Source of the DNA: an uncultured Chloroflexia bacterium
GTDB taxonomy: Bacteria > Chloroflexota > Limnocylindria > Limnocylindrales > CSP1-4
Direction of reading: 5' to 3'
DNA: 64,000 bases
NCBI GenBank assembly: GCA_963828165.1
Contig: CAWHDR010000001.1
Span: forward strand, 2,784,001-2,848,000
Numbering within the stretch: position 1 is the first letter of the stretch; the number at the start of each line of letters is the position of its first letter. The position numbers were made by a program, and so were the translations under genes. The notes beneath the pieces were generated by a model, which was given only the letters and a program-made list of their open reading frames with translations, did not search any database and was not told the origin of the DNA. Below, in pieces: positions 33,293 to 42,236 of this stretch.

Positions 33293-34720
33293 TCAACCCT
33301 CGCGGGCAGCCTCGAGGATCGCCGCGAGGGAGCGGTCGATGTCCTCCTCGGTCGTGGACCAGTTGACGATCGAGATCCGCATCGCCGCCATCCCGTGCCA
33401 CGTCGTCCCCGACAGCCAGCACGTGCCGTCGGCCTGGACGCGCGAGATGACCTGCCGCGTCCACGCATCGGCATCGCCACCGTCCGCCGGGTGGAACCGC
33501 GCGAGGATCTGATCCAGGACCACGTCGTTGAGGATCTCGACCCCGCTGCCGCGCAGTCCGTCCGCCATTCGCGTGGCCAATCGGCAGCCGCGCTCGACCA
33601 TCTCGCGCACGCCGTCGCGGCCGAGTGACCGTAGGGCCGCGTAGGTAGGGAAGCCACGCGCCCGGCGCGAATATTCCGGCACCCACCGGAACTCGTCGCG
33701 TTCCGCCGACCCGTAGACGATGTAGGCGGCACCAGGCGGCGACAGGGCATCGGCGTGGGCGCTTGGATCGCGTACGAACGCGTAGCCGCAGTCGTACGGC
33801 ACGTTGAGCCACTTGTGGCCGTCGGTGGCCCACGAGTCGGCGCCCCCATGTCCGTCGAGGAGATGGCGATAGGCGGGGCTCGCGGCCGCCCACAGGCCGA
33901 ACGCCCCGTCGACGTGGATCCAGGCCTCCGGGTGCCGCTCCCTGATGAGCTCGATGGCCGGTCCGATCGGATCGAACGCGCCGGTGTTCACGTTGCCCGC
34001 CTGGAGCGACACGATCAGCGGCCCGTCCCCGGCCGGGAGCGCCTCGGCGAGCGAATCCATCCGCATGCGGCCCTGCTCGTCGGACTCGACGGAGATCACG
34101 CGCGAACGGCCCATGCCCAGGTATTGCAAGGCGGTCGGGATCGTGGCGTGCGCTTCCGATCCGATGACGACCGAGATCTCGGGGGCACCGAACAGCCCAC
34201 GGTCCTCCACGTCCCAGCCGACTCGCTCGAGGACCCGGTGCCGGGCCGCGGCCAGGCACGTGACGTGCGCCATCTGGCAACCGGTCGTGAGCCCGATGCT
34301 CGCGCCTTCGGGGAGGCCCAGGAGGTCCACCAGCCAGGTGCCGATCACTTCCTCGACCACCGATGCGGACGGACCGGCCGCGAACAGCCCCGCGTTCTGA
34401 TCCCAGGTCGAGGTCAGCCAGTCGGCGGCAAGCGCCGCCGGCAAGGACCCTCCGATCACGAAACCGAAATAGCGCGGACCCGCCATCCCCACGACGCCCG
34501 GCTCGCCGTCACGAGCCAAGGCCTCGATCACCTCCGCTACCGGCAGCCCGGCTTGGGGCACGGGACCGCCGAGGGATGCCAGCAGCTCGTCCCGCCCGGC
34601 GCGCGGGGCGACCGGCCGCTCGTCCAGCGACTCCAGGAAATCGGCCGCCAGTTCGGCCGTCCGCTGCAGGAGCGCCCGATCCGTGGATCGCCGGGTCGAG
34701 CGCGTCAACCCGTCCGTCAT
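33293..34720 (-). CDS. Group II PLP-dependent amino-acid decarboxylase
   Basis: PRYFGFV, WIHVDGAFG, ADSWATDGHKWLNVPYDCG. Confidence 0.93.
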   Translation of the reverse strand: MTDGLTRSTRRSTDRALLQRTAELAADFLESLDERPVAPRAGRDELLASLGGPVPQAGLPVAEVIEALARDGEPGVVGMAGPRYFGFVIGGSLPAALAADWLTSTWDQNAGLFAAGPSASVVEEVIGTWLVDLLGLPEGASIGLTTGCQMAHVTCLAAARHRVLERVGWDVEDRGLFGAPEISVVIGSEAHATIPTALQYLGMGRSRVISVESDEQGRMRMDSLAEALPAGDGPLIVSLQAGNVNTGAFDPIGPAIELIRERHPEAWIHVDGAFGLWAAASPAYRHLLDGHGGADSWATDGHKWLNVPYDCGYAFVRDPSAHADALSPPGAAYIVYGSAERDEFRWVPEYSRRARGFPTYAALRSLGRDGVREMVERGCRLATRMADGLRGSGVEILNDVVLDQILARFHPADGGDADAWTRQVISRVQADGTCWLSGTTWHGMAAMRISIVNWSTTEEDIDRSLAAILEAAREG

Positions 34721-34806
34721 TCCCACCCTCCGATCGCTGCGTCCCGCTACGTCACGGCTCATCTTGCCCCATGCGCGCAGGCCTCGGGCTGCGGTAGCGT
34801 GCACCG

Positions 34807-36012
34807 ATGGTCGAACGCCCCGCCCCGGACGTGCGCATCCCGCTCGGCGTCGTCGTCGGGCTCTTCCTCGCATCGGTGGCCCTGCGGCCGCAGCTGCTCG
34901 CGATCGGCCCGTTGCTGCCGCTGATCCGCGAAGACCTCGACCTGCCGGCCAGCCTGGCCGGACTTCTGACCACGATCCCGGTGCTGTGCATGGGGATCTT
35001 CGCCCCGATCGGCCCGCGCGTCGCCGCGCGGCTCGGGCCACGGACCGCGTTCGCGGTCTGCCTCGGGCTCATCGTCGCCTTTGGATCGCTGCGGGCCGTG
35101 GCACCGGCATACCCCCTCATCCTGCTGGCCACGCTCGGGCTCGGGATCGGTGTCGGGATCGCCGGGGCGATCCCGTCGATGATCGTGTCGCAGCGGATGC
35201 CCGAACGGCCGGCACTCGGTACCGGAGCCTATGCCGGCGGCATCGTGGCGGGTTCGACGATCGCCGCCGCGGTGGCCGTGCCCTTGGCGGTGGGCGGCGA
35301 CTGGCGGCTGTCCCTGGTGCTGCTGTCGGCCGCCTCGATCCTGTCGATCGCCGCCTGGCTCCTGCTCGTCCGCGGAGAGGGCAAGATCCCACGTCTGGAT
35401 CCCACGGCGAGGCGGCTGCCGTGGGGCAGCGGCACCGGCTGGCTGCTCGTGCTGCTCTTCGGGCTCCAGTCGCTGATGTACTACGGGATCGTCGCATGGC
35501 TCCCGAATGCGTTCGTGGAGCGGGGCTGGTCCGCTGCCGCCGCGGGCTCGCTCATCGCCGTCTTCAACGGCGTCGGCCTGGTGACGACGATCGGCGTGCC
35601 ACTCGTGGCCGACCGGCTCGGTGCCCGGCGACTGCAGTTGCTCGCCTCAGCGGCCGTCGCGACGGTGGCGCTCGCGGGCATCATCGTGGTGCCGACGCTG
35701 GCATACGGCTGGATCGCCATCCTGGGGCTCGCCCTCGGCGCGATCTTTCCCCTCGTCCTGACGCTGCCGCTGGACGTCACCGACGACCCCGGCCAGGTTG
35801 GCTCGGTCGCCGCATTGATGCTATTCGGCGGCTACATCCTGTCGTCCCTGGGGCCATTCATCCTCGGGGCGGCGCGAGATCTGACCGGCGATTTCGAAAC
35901 CAGCCTGTGGTTGCTCGTTGCGATCGGCGTCGTCTTGATCGGGTGCTGCACGATGCTCTCGCCCGAGCGCTTGCGCCGTGGCATCCGCCGACCCGTCCTG
36001 CATGGGGCATGA
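34807..36012 (+). CDS. MFS transporter (CynX-like)
   Basis: ~12 TM helices; ALRP...GLLTTIPVLC; ADRLG. Confidence 0.88.
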   Translation: MVERPAPDVRIPLGVVVGLFLASVALRPQLLAIGPLLPLIREDLDLPASLAGLLTTIPVLCMGIFAPIGPRVAARLGPRTAFAVCLGLIVAFGSLRAVAPAYPLILLATLGLGIGVGIAGAIPSMIVSQRMPERPALGTGAYAGGIVAGSTIAAAVAVPLAVGGDWRLSLVLLSAASILSIAAWLLLVRGEGKIPRLDPTARRLPWGSGTGWLLVLLFGLQSLMYYGIVAWLPNAFVERGWSAAAAGSLIAVFNGVGLVTTIGVPLVADRLGARRLQLLASAAVATVALAGIIVVPTLAYGWIAILGLALGAIFPLVLTLPLDVTDDPGQVGSVAALMLFGGYILSSLGPFILGAARDLTGDFETSLWLLVAIGVVLIGCCTMLSPERLRRGIRRPVLHGA

Positions 36013-36020
36013 TTCAGCGG

Positions 36021-36842
36021 ATGTACCTGGTGATCCTTGCGGATGGCCGGACCCGGCAGCGACCGCCGACCGGCGGTGAACTTCCCGTGGCCTTCCAACA
36101 AGCTGCGGATGGGCGGACCGGCCTCGAACGAACGGTCCAACGGCTCGCGCCATTGATCGACGCTCTCGACGTGGTCGTCGTGACGGACCGCCGAAACGGG
36201 CAGACCGTCCGAAGCCTGATCCCGGATGCCCTCGTCCTGGCCGAGCCGATCCATCGCAACACCGCCGCCTCGGTCACGCTGGCGACCGTGTCGGTCGAAC
36301 GATCCGCGGACGAGGCGATGCTCGTGGTGATCGCCGATCACGACATCGAGGACGACGACGCGTTCCGTCGTGCCGTCAGCACCATGGCGGAGTCGCTCGC
36401 CGCGACCGAGACTCCGGGTGGACTCGCGGCGCCCCTCGTGGCATTCGGTGTGACCCCGACCGACGCCGATCCGGGATGGAGCTACATCCGACCGCGGTAC
36501 GGCGACGCCTTTCGGGCGGGTGCGCTGCGTGGCTTTCCGGTGGATGGCTACGAGGCGCATCCGAATGCGACACGGGCCCGCGAGCTGTTCGACTCCGGGA
36601 CGACGTACTGGAGCGCCGGCATCTTCCTGTGGCGGCGCGCCGACATCCATGCCGCCATCGAGCGCTACACGCCACTCCTCACGCTGATCGAGCCGGCCCA
36701 TCGTTCGGAGCTCGCGCTCGCCGCGGCGTACGACCGGATCCAGCCGCTCTCGATCGACGAGACCGTGCTGGCGGGCGCCGCGGACGACGGCGCCGTGGTG
36801 GCGATCCCCCTGGACGTGGGCTGGAAGCCGAGCGGGGACTAG
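36021..36842 (+). CDS. Degenerate mannose-1-phosphate guanylyltransferase-like protein
   Basis: LAEPIHRNTAAS, ADH, YWSAGIFLW, SIDETV, DVGW; signature GGxGTR absent. Confidence 0.7.
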   Translation: MYLVILADGRTRQRPPTGGELPVAFQQAADGRTGLERTVQRLAPLIDALDVVVVTDRRNGQTVRSLIPDALVLAEPIHRNTAASVTLATVSVERSADEAMLVVIADHDIEDDDAFRRAVSTMAESLAATETPGGLAAPLVAFGVTPTDADPGWSYIRPRYGDAFRAGALRGFPVDGYEAHPNATRARELFDSGTTYWSAGIFLWRRADIHAAIERYTPLLTLIEPAHRSELALAAAYDRIQPLSIDETVLAGAADDGAVVAIPLDVGWKPSGD

Positions 36843-37000
36843 CCACAGCACCTGGCGGATATCGACGCTCGCCGGGTATGGGATGGACGAAGGTCCGCCC
36901 CCGGATGCGACCGCTGCGCATGCTCGGTTCGGGGCCGTGGTGTTCTGATGCGGTGGTCGAGCCCTCGATCCCGGAAGGCTCCCAGGCAGAAGGAACCCAG

Positions 37001-37612
37001 ATGAACCGCTCCCCCAACCTCTCCCGCGTGGCTGCCCCGGTGGCCGCGCTCTTCGCCGTTCTCGCCGTGCTCGTCGTGGTGGCCGGCGGGGCCTTCGGTC
37101 GGTCCGCCGACCCATCTCCGGCCCCCAGCGATCGCCCGTCGACACCGCCCAGTGTCGCCCCGAGTGCTCCATCGTCACCGCAGCCGACGGTCGACCCAAC
37201 GGTCGCGCCGACCGAGGACCCGGCAAACGGCTTCATCACGGTCGCTCTCGACAACCTGACCGATCACGACGTCTCGGTCGTCATCGACGATGAGACCGGC
37301 ATCCTCGACGGAGCGGTCTCCGGCAATCCCGGCGACGGCATGTCGGTCCGCTGGCTCGACGTGGAGGTCGACAATCTCGACTCGACGACACTACGCGTCG
37401 TGTGGGTCGGCCTCCCGCGCGATGAGGAGGTCCGGCTGTCCATCTCCGAGGCCGATGGCACCTATCGCCTCAGCTTCGTTCAGGCGGCCCCGCCGGCGTA
37501 TTCCGATGCCGTCGGCTACGACCGCATCCTCGTCCTGCGCTTCGACACGGACGTCAATGCCGACGATGTCAAGGTCACCTTCGATGAGGCCGGGGCCGCC
37601 AGCGCCGGCTGA
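37001..37612 (+). CDS. Exported/membrane-anchored hypothetical protein with Pro/Ser linker
   Basis: N-terminal hydrophobic helix; SD AAGGA. Confidence 0.7.
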   Translation: MNRSPNLSRVAAPVAALFAVLAVLVVVAGGAFGRSADPSPAPSDRPSTPPSVAPSAPSSPQPTVDPTVAPTEDPANGFITVALDNLTDHDVSVVIDDETGILDGAVSGNPGDGMSVRWLDVEVDNLDSTTLRVVWVGLPRDEEVRLSISEADGTYRLSFVQAAPPAYSDAVGYDRILVLRFDTDVNADDVKVTFDEAGAASAG

Positions 37613-37691
37613 CCCGTCCCCAGCAGGATCCATCGCCCGGCCATCTCGGTCGGGCGATGCCATGCCCGCCTTCCGCTGCCATCATCAGGAC

Positions 37692-38720
37692 GTGACCGTC
37701 CCGACCCTCAGCCGTCGCGCGTTGAACCGCGCGCTCCTGGCGCGCCAGCTCCTCCTCGAGCGCTCGACCCTCTCGATCCCCGAGGCGGTGGAGCAGGTCG
37801 GCGGCCTCCAGACACAGTACGCACCGTCCGGCTACGTGGGGTTGTGGACGAGGCTGCGCGATCTCCCGCGTGAGGCGCTCACGACGGCCCTCGAGGACCG
37901 AAGCGTCATCCAGGCGTCGTTGATGCGGGTGACGATCCACGTCGTGTCAAGGCGCGAGTACTGGCGCTATGCCCTCGGCGTCCGCCGGGCGCGACAGCAG
38001 TGGGCGCTGCGAACACCGGGCGGGGCAGGGGAGGCCGCGATGGTGGCGGCTGCGGCTCGGATCCGCGCGGCCCTCGCGGACGGCCCACGTACGGTCAAGG
38101 AACTCGGCGAGCTCGGTGCCGGGTTCGTGGGAAACCTCGGTCTCTGGGTCGACCTTGTCCGCGTCCCGCCATCGGGTACCTGGGAACGCCGACGGGCGGA
38201 CCATCTGGCCCTTGCGGAAACCTGGGTCGGCGAACCGGACGCGACGGAGGCAGAGGGCCTCACGCACCTGGTCCACGCCTACCTGCGCGCATTCGGCCCG
38301 GCAACGTGGCGGGACATCGCCTCGTGGGCCGGGATCACGGCCACTGACGCCAAGCGCGGCGGCGAAGGCTTGACCCTGACCGCCTATCGCGACGAGGACG
38401 GTCGCTCACTCGTCGACCTGCCCGACGCGCCCCTGCCCGATCCGGGGACGCCGGCGCCGATCCGGTTCCTGCCGCATTGGGACGCCAACCTGCTGGTCCA
38501 CGCGCGACGGACTCAGGTATTGCCCGAACCGTATCGACCGCTCGTATTCAGCATCCGCAAGCCGTTTTCCGTCGGGACCTATCTCGTCGACGGCGCCGTG
38601 GCCGGCGCCTGGTCCGCGAAAGACGGTCGGATCCTCCTGGACCCGTTCGAGGAGCTCTCGGCGAGCGATCGGCGCGCTGTAGAGCGTGAACGCGAGGCGC
38701 TGGAAGCATTCAGCGCGTGA
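37692..38720 (+). CDS. AlkZ/YcaQ-family (HTH_42) DNA glycosylase
   Basis: LNRALLARQLLL, GLQTQ (QxQ), MRVTIH, YLRAFGPAT, RFLPHWD. Confidence 0.88.
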   Translation: MTVPTLSRRALNRALLARQLLLERSTLSIPEAVEQVGGLQTQYAPSGYVGLWTRLRDLPREALTTALEDRSVIQASLMRVTIHVVSRREYWRYALGVRRARQQWALRTPGGAGEAAMVAAAARIRAALADGPRTVKELGELGAGFVGNLGLWVDLVRVPPSGTWERRRADHLALAETWVGEPDATEAEGLTHLVHAYLRAFGPATWRDIASWAGITATDAKRGGEGLTLTAYRDEDGRSLVDLPDAPLPDPGTPAPIRFLPHWDANLLVHARRTQVLPEPYRPLVFSIRKPFSVGTYLVDGAVAGAWSAKDGRILLDPFEELSASDRRAVEREREALEAFSA

Positions 38721-38745
38721 CTCGGAGGGACGAAGCCATGCGCCG

Positions 38746-39675
38746 TCATGACACGATCTCCACGATGTCGTTGTCGGCAACCATATGATCGCGCCCGACG
38801 CGCTGGCCTTCGAAGCGAGCCGACGTGCCCCAGACACGCGCGGCCGTGAAGCTCGCGCCCAGATCGTGATGGACCCAGTCGGCCACATCGGTGACCGTCG
38901 CGCCCGGATGGAGCGCGAGCGGTTCCTCGTCGACGGTGCCGCCCTTCCGCAGCCGAACACGGAGAAGGCCGGTCAGCCCCCAGACCGCGGCCCGAAAGGC
39001 ATCGAGCGACGCCTCGTCGATGATCGATACCGGGATCACATCGAGGTCCGGGAAGGCCGCCGCCAGGCGGGACAGGGAGCCCGGCCCGGCCTCGTCGGAC
39101 CGCGTCGCGGCGAGCAGCGCCGGTTTCTCGATGCCGGCGGCGGCGATCTCGGCCACGACGACCTCGAGCTCCGCGGGATCGGCGTCACTGCGGCAGCAGT
39201 AGACGATCGCATCGGCCGACCGCAGGACACCGAGCAGCGCCCGACCGCCACCCCGGTCCTCCGAGGCGCCCTCGATCAGCCCCGGGATCTCGACGAGCTG
39301 GATGAGCACGCCGCCGATGCGCGTGAGTGCGGGGACCGGTCGGAGGGTCGTGAACGGGTAGTCCCCGGTCTTGATCTGGATCTCGGACAGCGCCTGAAGC
39401 AGCGACGACTTCCCGACGTTGGGCGGCCCGACGAGGGCGATCTGCGCCGCGCCCTCTCGCCGGACGGCGATCGAGTCACGGTGGACGGCGCTCGCCCTGA
39501 CCCGCGTGTCCTCGATCTCGGACATGAGCCACTTGCGCAGGTCCGCGTACGGCCCGTTGCGATAATCCGGTAGCTCGCCGAGGAGCGCCTGGACCTCCCG
39601 GATCCGCTCCCGACCTTCCTTGCCTGTCAATCGACGCTTCGCCACCTGCGCGAACGTCCTGTGCGGCATCGGCAT
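38746..39675 (-). CDS. OBG-family DRG/Rbg1-like GTPase with C-terminal TGS domain
   Basis: EGAAQIALVGPPNVGKSSLL, YPFTT, IQLVEIPGLIEGA, ARVWGTSARFEGQRVGRDH. Confidence 0.88.
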   Translation of the reverse strand: MPMPHRTFAQVAKRRLTGKEGRERIREVQALLGELPDYRNGPYADLRKWLMSEIEDTRVRASAVHRDSIAVRREGAAQIALVGPPNVGKSSLLQALSEIQIKTGDYPFTTLRPVPALTRIGGVLIQLVEIPGLIEGASEDRGGGRALLGVLRSADAIVYCCRSDADPAELEVVVAEIAAAGIEKPALLAATRSDEAGPGSLSRLAAAFPDLDVIPVSIIDEASLDAFRAAVWGLTGLLRVRLRKGGTVDEEPLALHPGATVTDVADWVHHDLGASFTAARVWGTSARFEGQRVGRDHMVADNDIVEIVS

Positions 39676-39750
39676 GCCGATCTCCTTACCTCACGCGGAA
39701 CGACACGGCCCGCGCAGCCCGAGGGGGCTGCGACGGCGGCACGCGTCGTC

Positions 39751-39787
39751 CCGCCCCTTCCACCGACGCTGGTTCTGGAAGGGGCGG
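39751..39787. repeat. Perfect 12-bp inverted repeat in the GTPase leader
   Basis: CCGCCCCTTCCA-N13-TGGAAGGGGCGG. Confidence 0.9.
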
Positions 39788-39788
39788 C

Positions 39789-39857
39789 TCAGCCGGTGAT
39801 GTCGAAGAGGGAGGCGAGCCAGGCGCTCTGCGCTTGCAAGCCGATCGGAGCGGTCAT
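39789..39857 (-). CDS. Putative 22-aa leader peptide of the GTPase gene
   Basis: MTAPIGLQAQSAWLASLFDITG; TACGCT 9 nt upstream; a 12-bp hairpin starts right after the stop. Confidence 0.5.
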   Translation of the reverse strand: MTAPIGLQAQSAWLASLFDITG

Positions 39858-39953
39858 CGTGGCTGCAGCGTACACCGCTCTGCGATGCGGGTTGAACATC
39901 CCGCGGCGGTCGTGTGAGGCAGATAGGCCCGCGGACCGGACTACCGTGCGGCG

Positions 39954-40367
39954 ATGAAGACCTTGAAGGGCCTCGTGCTCATCTCCGCGATCGTCGCAGG
40001 CGGCACGCTGTCAGCCTGCAGCAACGCCCCGGGCGCGAGCCCGTCCCTGCCGGCCGTGTCCCTGCCCGCGGTCTCGATCGATCCGTCCGCGGCGGCCGGC
40101 GCCGTGGTCGCTGTCCTGGACCAGCTCGACTCCGAGATCACGGCCAACCAGACGGCAACCGGGCTGACGGTGGAGGAGCGTGACGCGCTCAAGGAGACCG
40201 TCGCCACGATCCGTGCCGCCGTCCAGACGGGCGACTTCTCTGCGGCGCAGCCCGCAGTGGACGAGCTGAAGGCAAAGGTGGCCGAGCTCGACGCGAAGCT
40301 CGGGACGGACGCCGGGACACGCCTGAAGGCCGCACTCACGCAGCTCGAGGCGCTCCTCGCCAGCTGA
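39954..40367 (+). CDS. Lipoprotein, helical, unknown function
   Basis: MKTLK + hydrophobic core + LSAC lipobox. Confidence 0.8.
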   Translation: MKTLKGLVLISAIVAGGTLSACSNAPGASPSLPAVSLPAVSIDPSAAAGAVVAVLDQLDSEITANQTATGLTVEERDALKETVATIRAAVQTGDFSAAQPAVDELKAKVAELDAKLGTDAGTRLKAALTQLEALLAS

Positions 40368-40384
40368 CGCGTCGCAGCCCGGAC

Positions 40385-40771
40385 TCAGTCCTGCTTGCGG
40401 TCGATGGCGCGCGCGAGCTCCAGCTTGTCCATCTTCGATCGACCCTCGACGCCAAGATCCCGAGCTCGCTCGTAGAGCTCGGCCTTGGTGTGCCCCAGGT
40501 AGTCGACTCCGCCGAGGGACTCACCCCGGCCCTCCCGCGCGGCTGCGCCGCGATGCGTCGAGCGCGGGTCCGACGGCCCCTTCTCGTCCTTCGGCTCCCA
40601 GTGGTCGTCGACCTTCTCGAACGAGTGCTTGAGGGACTTGAACGCGGTCCGATGCGCACGTTCGCCGTCGCCGTACTGCTCCGCGGCGCTGTCGTGCGTC
40701 TTGAGCCAGGTCTCCTGGGCCTTCTTGGGCGACCGTTTGAGCGTCCCGGGCAGGGATTCGTCAGCAGGCAT
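40385..40771 (-). CDS. ChaB family protein with C-terminal Rho-N-like helix pair
   Basis: LPGTLKRSPKKAQETW..THDSA..YGDGERAHRTAF; TKAELYERAR...GRSKMDK. Confidence 0.85.
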   Translation of the reverse strand: MPADESLPGTLKRSPKKAQETWLKTHDSAAEQYGDGERAHRTAFKSLKHSFEKVDDHWEPKDEKGPSDPRSTHRGAAAREGRGESLGGVDYLGHTKAELYERARDLGVEGRSKMDKLELARAIDRKQD

Positions 40772-41035
40772 CGATGGCGTCCTCTCGTGCGGTTGTCAGG
40801 ACCACGAGCATCGTAATCCCGCCGTGGGGCTGACATCCCGACACGCCGGGCTGAGCCGGGACGTGGCCGCCGACGTTGCCTACTTCGTCGACCGGCTCGC
40901 CGCCAGGCTCGTCTTCGGATCGACGTCGCATTCGAGGAGTCCACCTGCGCAGCGACCATCAATGCGACCGAAGGCTGATAGGCGCCCACGTGCGAATGCC
41001 GCAAACTGGTGTCCCGATAGCATCAGGAGAGGCCC

Positions 41036-41467
41036 ATGGATTGGAAGCTCGAGCTCGTCGTCGTCCCCGTGTCGGACGTCGACCGTGCGAAACGGTTCTA
41101 TGCGGAGCAGCTGGGCTTCGTCGTCGACGTCGACGACAGTCCGATGGAAGGGTTCCGCGTCGTCCAACTGACGCCGCCCGGATCCGCCTGCTCCATCTCG
41201 ATCGGCCAGGGACTCACCGAGGCTGTGCCGGGCACCCTGCAGGGCATGCAGCTCTGCGTCGGTGACATCGAAGCCGCCCACGCCGAGCTCGTCGAGCGTG
41301 GGGTGGATGTCACGCCGATCCGCCACGTCGATCGGGAGCAGGGAGGCTGGGCGGACGGCAAGGGCGGCGTCTACAACTCGTTCATCTTCTTCAAGGATCC
41401 CGATGGCAACGGCTGGGCCATCCAGGAGAGCCCGCTGCTCGGGGGCGAGGGCGCCCAGGGCCGATGA
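41036..41467 (+). CDS. VOC/glyoxalase family protein
   Basis: VPVSDVDRAKRFY..LGF, QLTPPGS, FKDPDGNGW. Confidence 0.9.
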   Translation: MDWKLELVVVPVSDVDRAKRFYAEQLGFVVDVDDSPMEGFRVVQLTPPGSACSISIGQGLTEAVPGTLQGMQLCVGDIEAAHAELVERGVDVTPIRHVDREQGGWADGKGGVYNSFIFFKDPDGNGWAIQESPLLGGEGAQGR

Positions 41468-41628
41468 CGGACAGGACCCGGATCGACGCGATCCTCACCG
41501 CGCTCCCCGCGGACCAGCGGGCGGCCCTGCAGGATCTGCGCGAGACGATCGCACAGACGGCCACGGACAGGAGGATCGTGCGTGCCCGGATGGCCGAGAC
41601 GGACGCGCGCTGGGGCAGCCGGACCTGA
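41464..41628 (+). pseudogene. Internally deleted DUF1801/YdhG-like remnant (54 aa)
   Basis: IDAILTALPADQRAALQDLRETI joined directly to RIVRARMAE; central core absent. Confidence 0.6.
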
Positions 41629-41630
41629 CC

Positions 41631-42185
41631 GTGCCCGATTCGGCGACGGTCCGCAGAGCCAACACGGAGGACCTGACCGCGCCCGAGATCGCGGCGATCC
41701 GCAAGATGCTGATTGATGCGTTCGGGTCGGACGAGGACGAGGCCTTCACCGACGACGACTGGGAGCACGCGATCGGGGGCCTGCATTTCGTCGTCGCTCT
41801 GGAGGGCGCGATCGTCGCCCACGCGTCCGTCGTGGAACGGCAGCTGCATGTCGACGGACGCGCCATCAGGACGGGCTACGTCGAAGCCGTCGCGACCGCA
41901 CCCGACCACCAGGGGGCAGGCTTCGGGTCGCTCGTCATGACGGAGGCAAATGCCTACATTCGCGGGGCGTTCGAGCTGGGGGCGCTCGGCACGGGACGGC
42001 AGGCGTTCTATGAGCGGCTGGGTTGGCGGACGTGGACCGGGCCGTCGGGCGTGCGCACGACCGACGGGGTACGCCCGACGCCCGAGGACGACGGCTACCT
42101 CATGGTGCTCACGACGCCCACGTCGCCGCCGCTCGATCTGAATGGGACCATCATCTGCGAGTGGCGCCCCGGCGACGTCTGGTGA
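41631..42185 (+). CDS. GNAT resembling aminoglycoside 2'-N-acetyltransferase AAC(2')-I
   Basis: FTDDDWEHAIGGLH, GYVEAVAT...QGAG, FYERLGW..W.GP, CEWRPGDVW. Confidence 0.85.
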   Translation: MPDSATVRRANTEDLTAPEIAAIRKMLIDAFGSDEDEAFTDDDWEHAIGGLHFVVALEGAIVAHASVVERQLHVDGRAIRTGYVEAVATAPDHQGAGFGSLVMTEANAYIRGAFELGALGTGRQAFYERLGWRTWTGPSGVRTTDGVRPTPEDDGYLMVLTTPTSPPLDLNGTIICEWRPGDVW

Positions 42186-42236
42186 GGCGCGGAGCGGTGT
42201 AGGATTCTGATCCCTGAAAGGTTGGAGGAGACCATC

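Noticed and set aside
40820-40960. Coding-like stretch (DVAADVAYFVDRLAARLVFG) between chaB and VOC
   Set aside because: No convincing start/stop or recognisable family; may be a remnant but cannot be supported.
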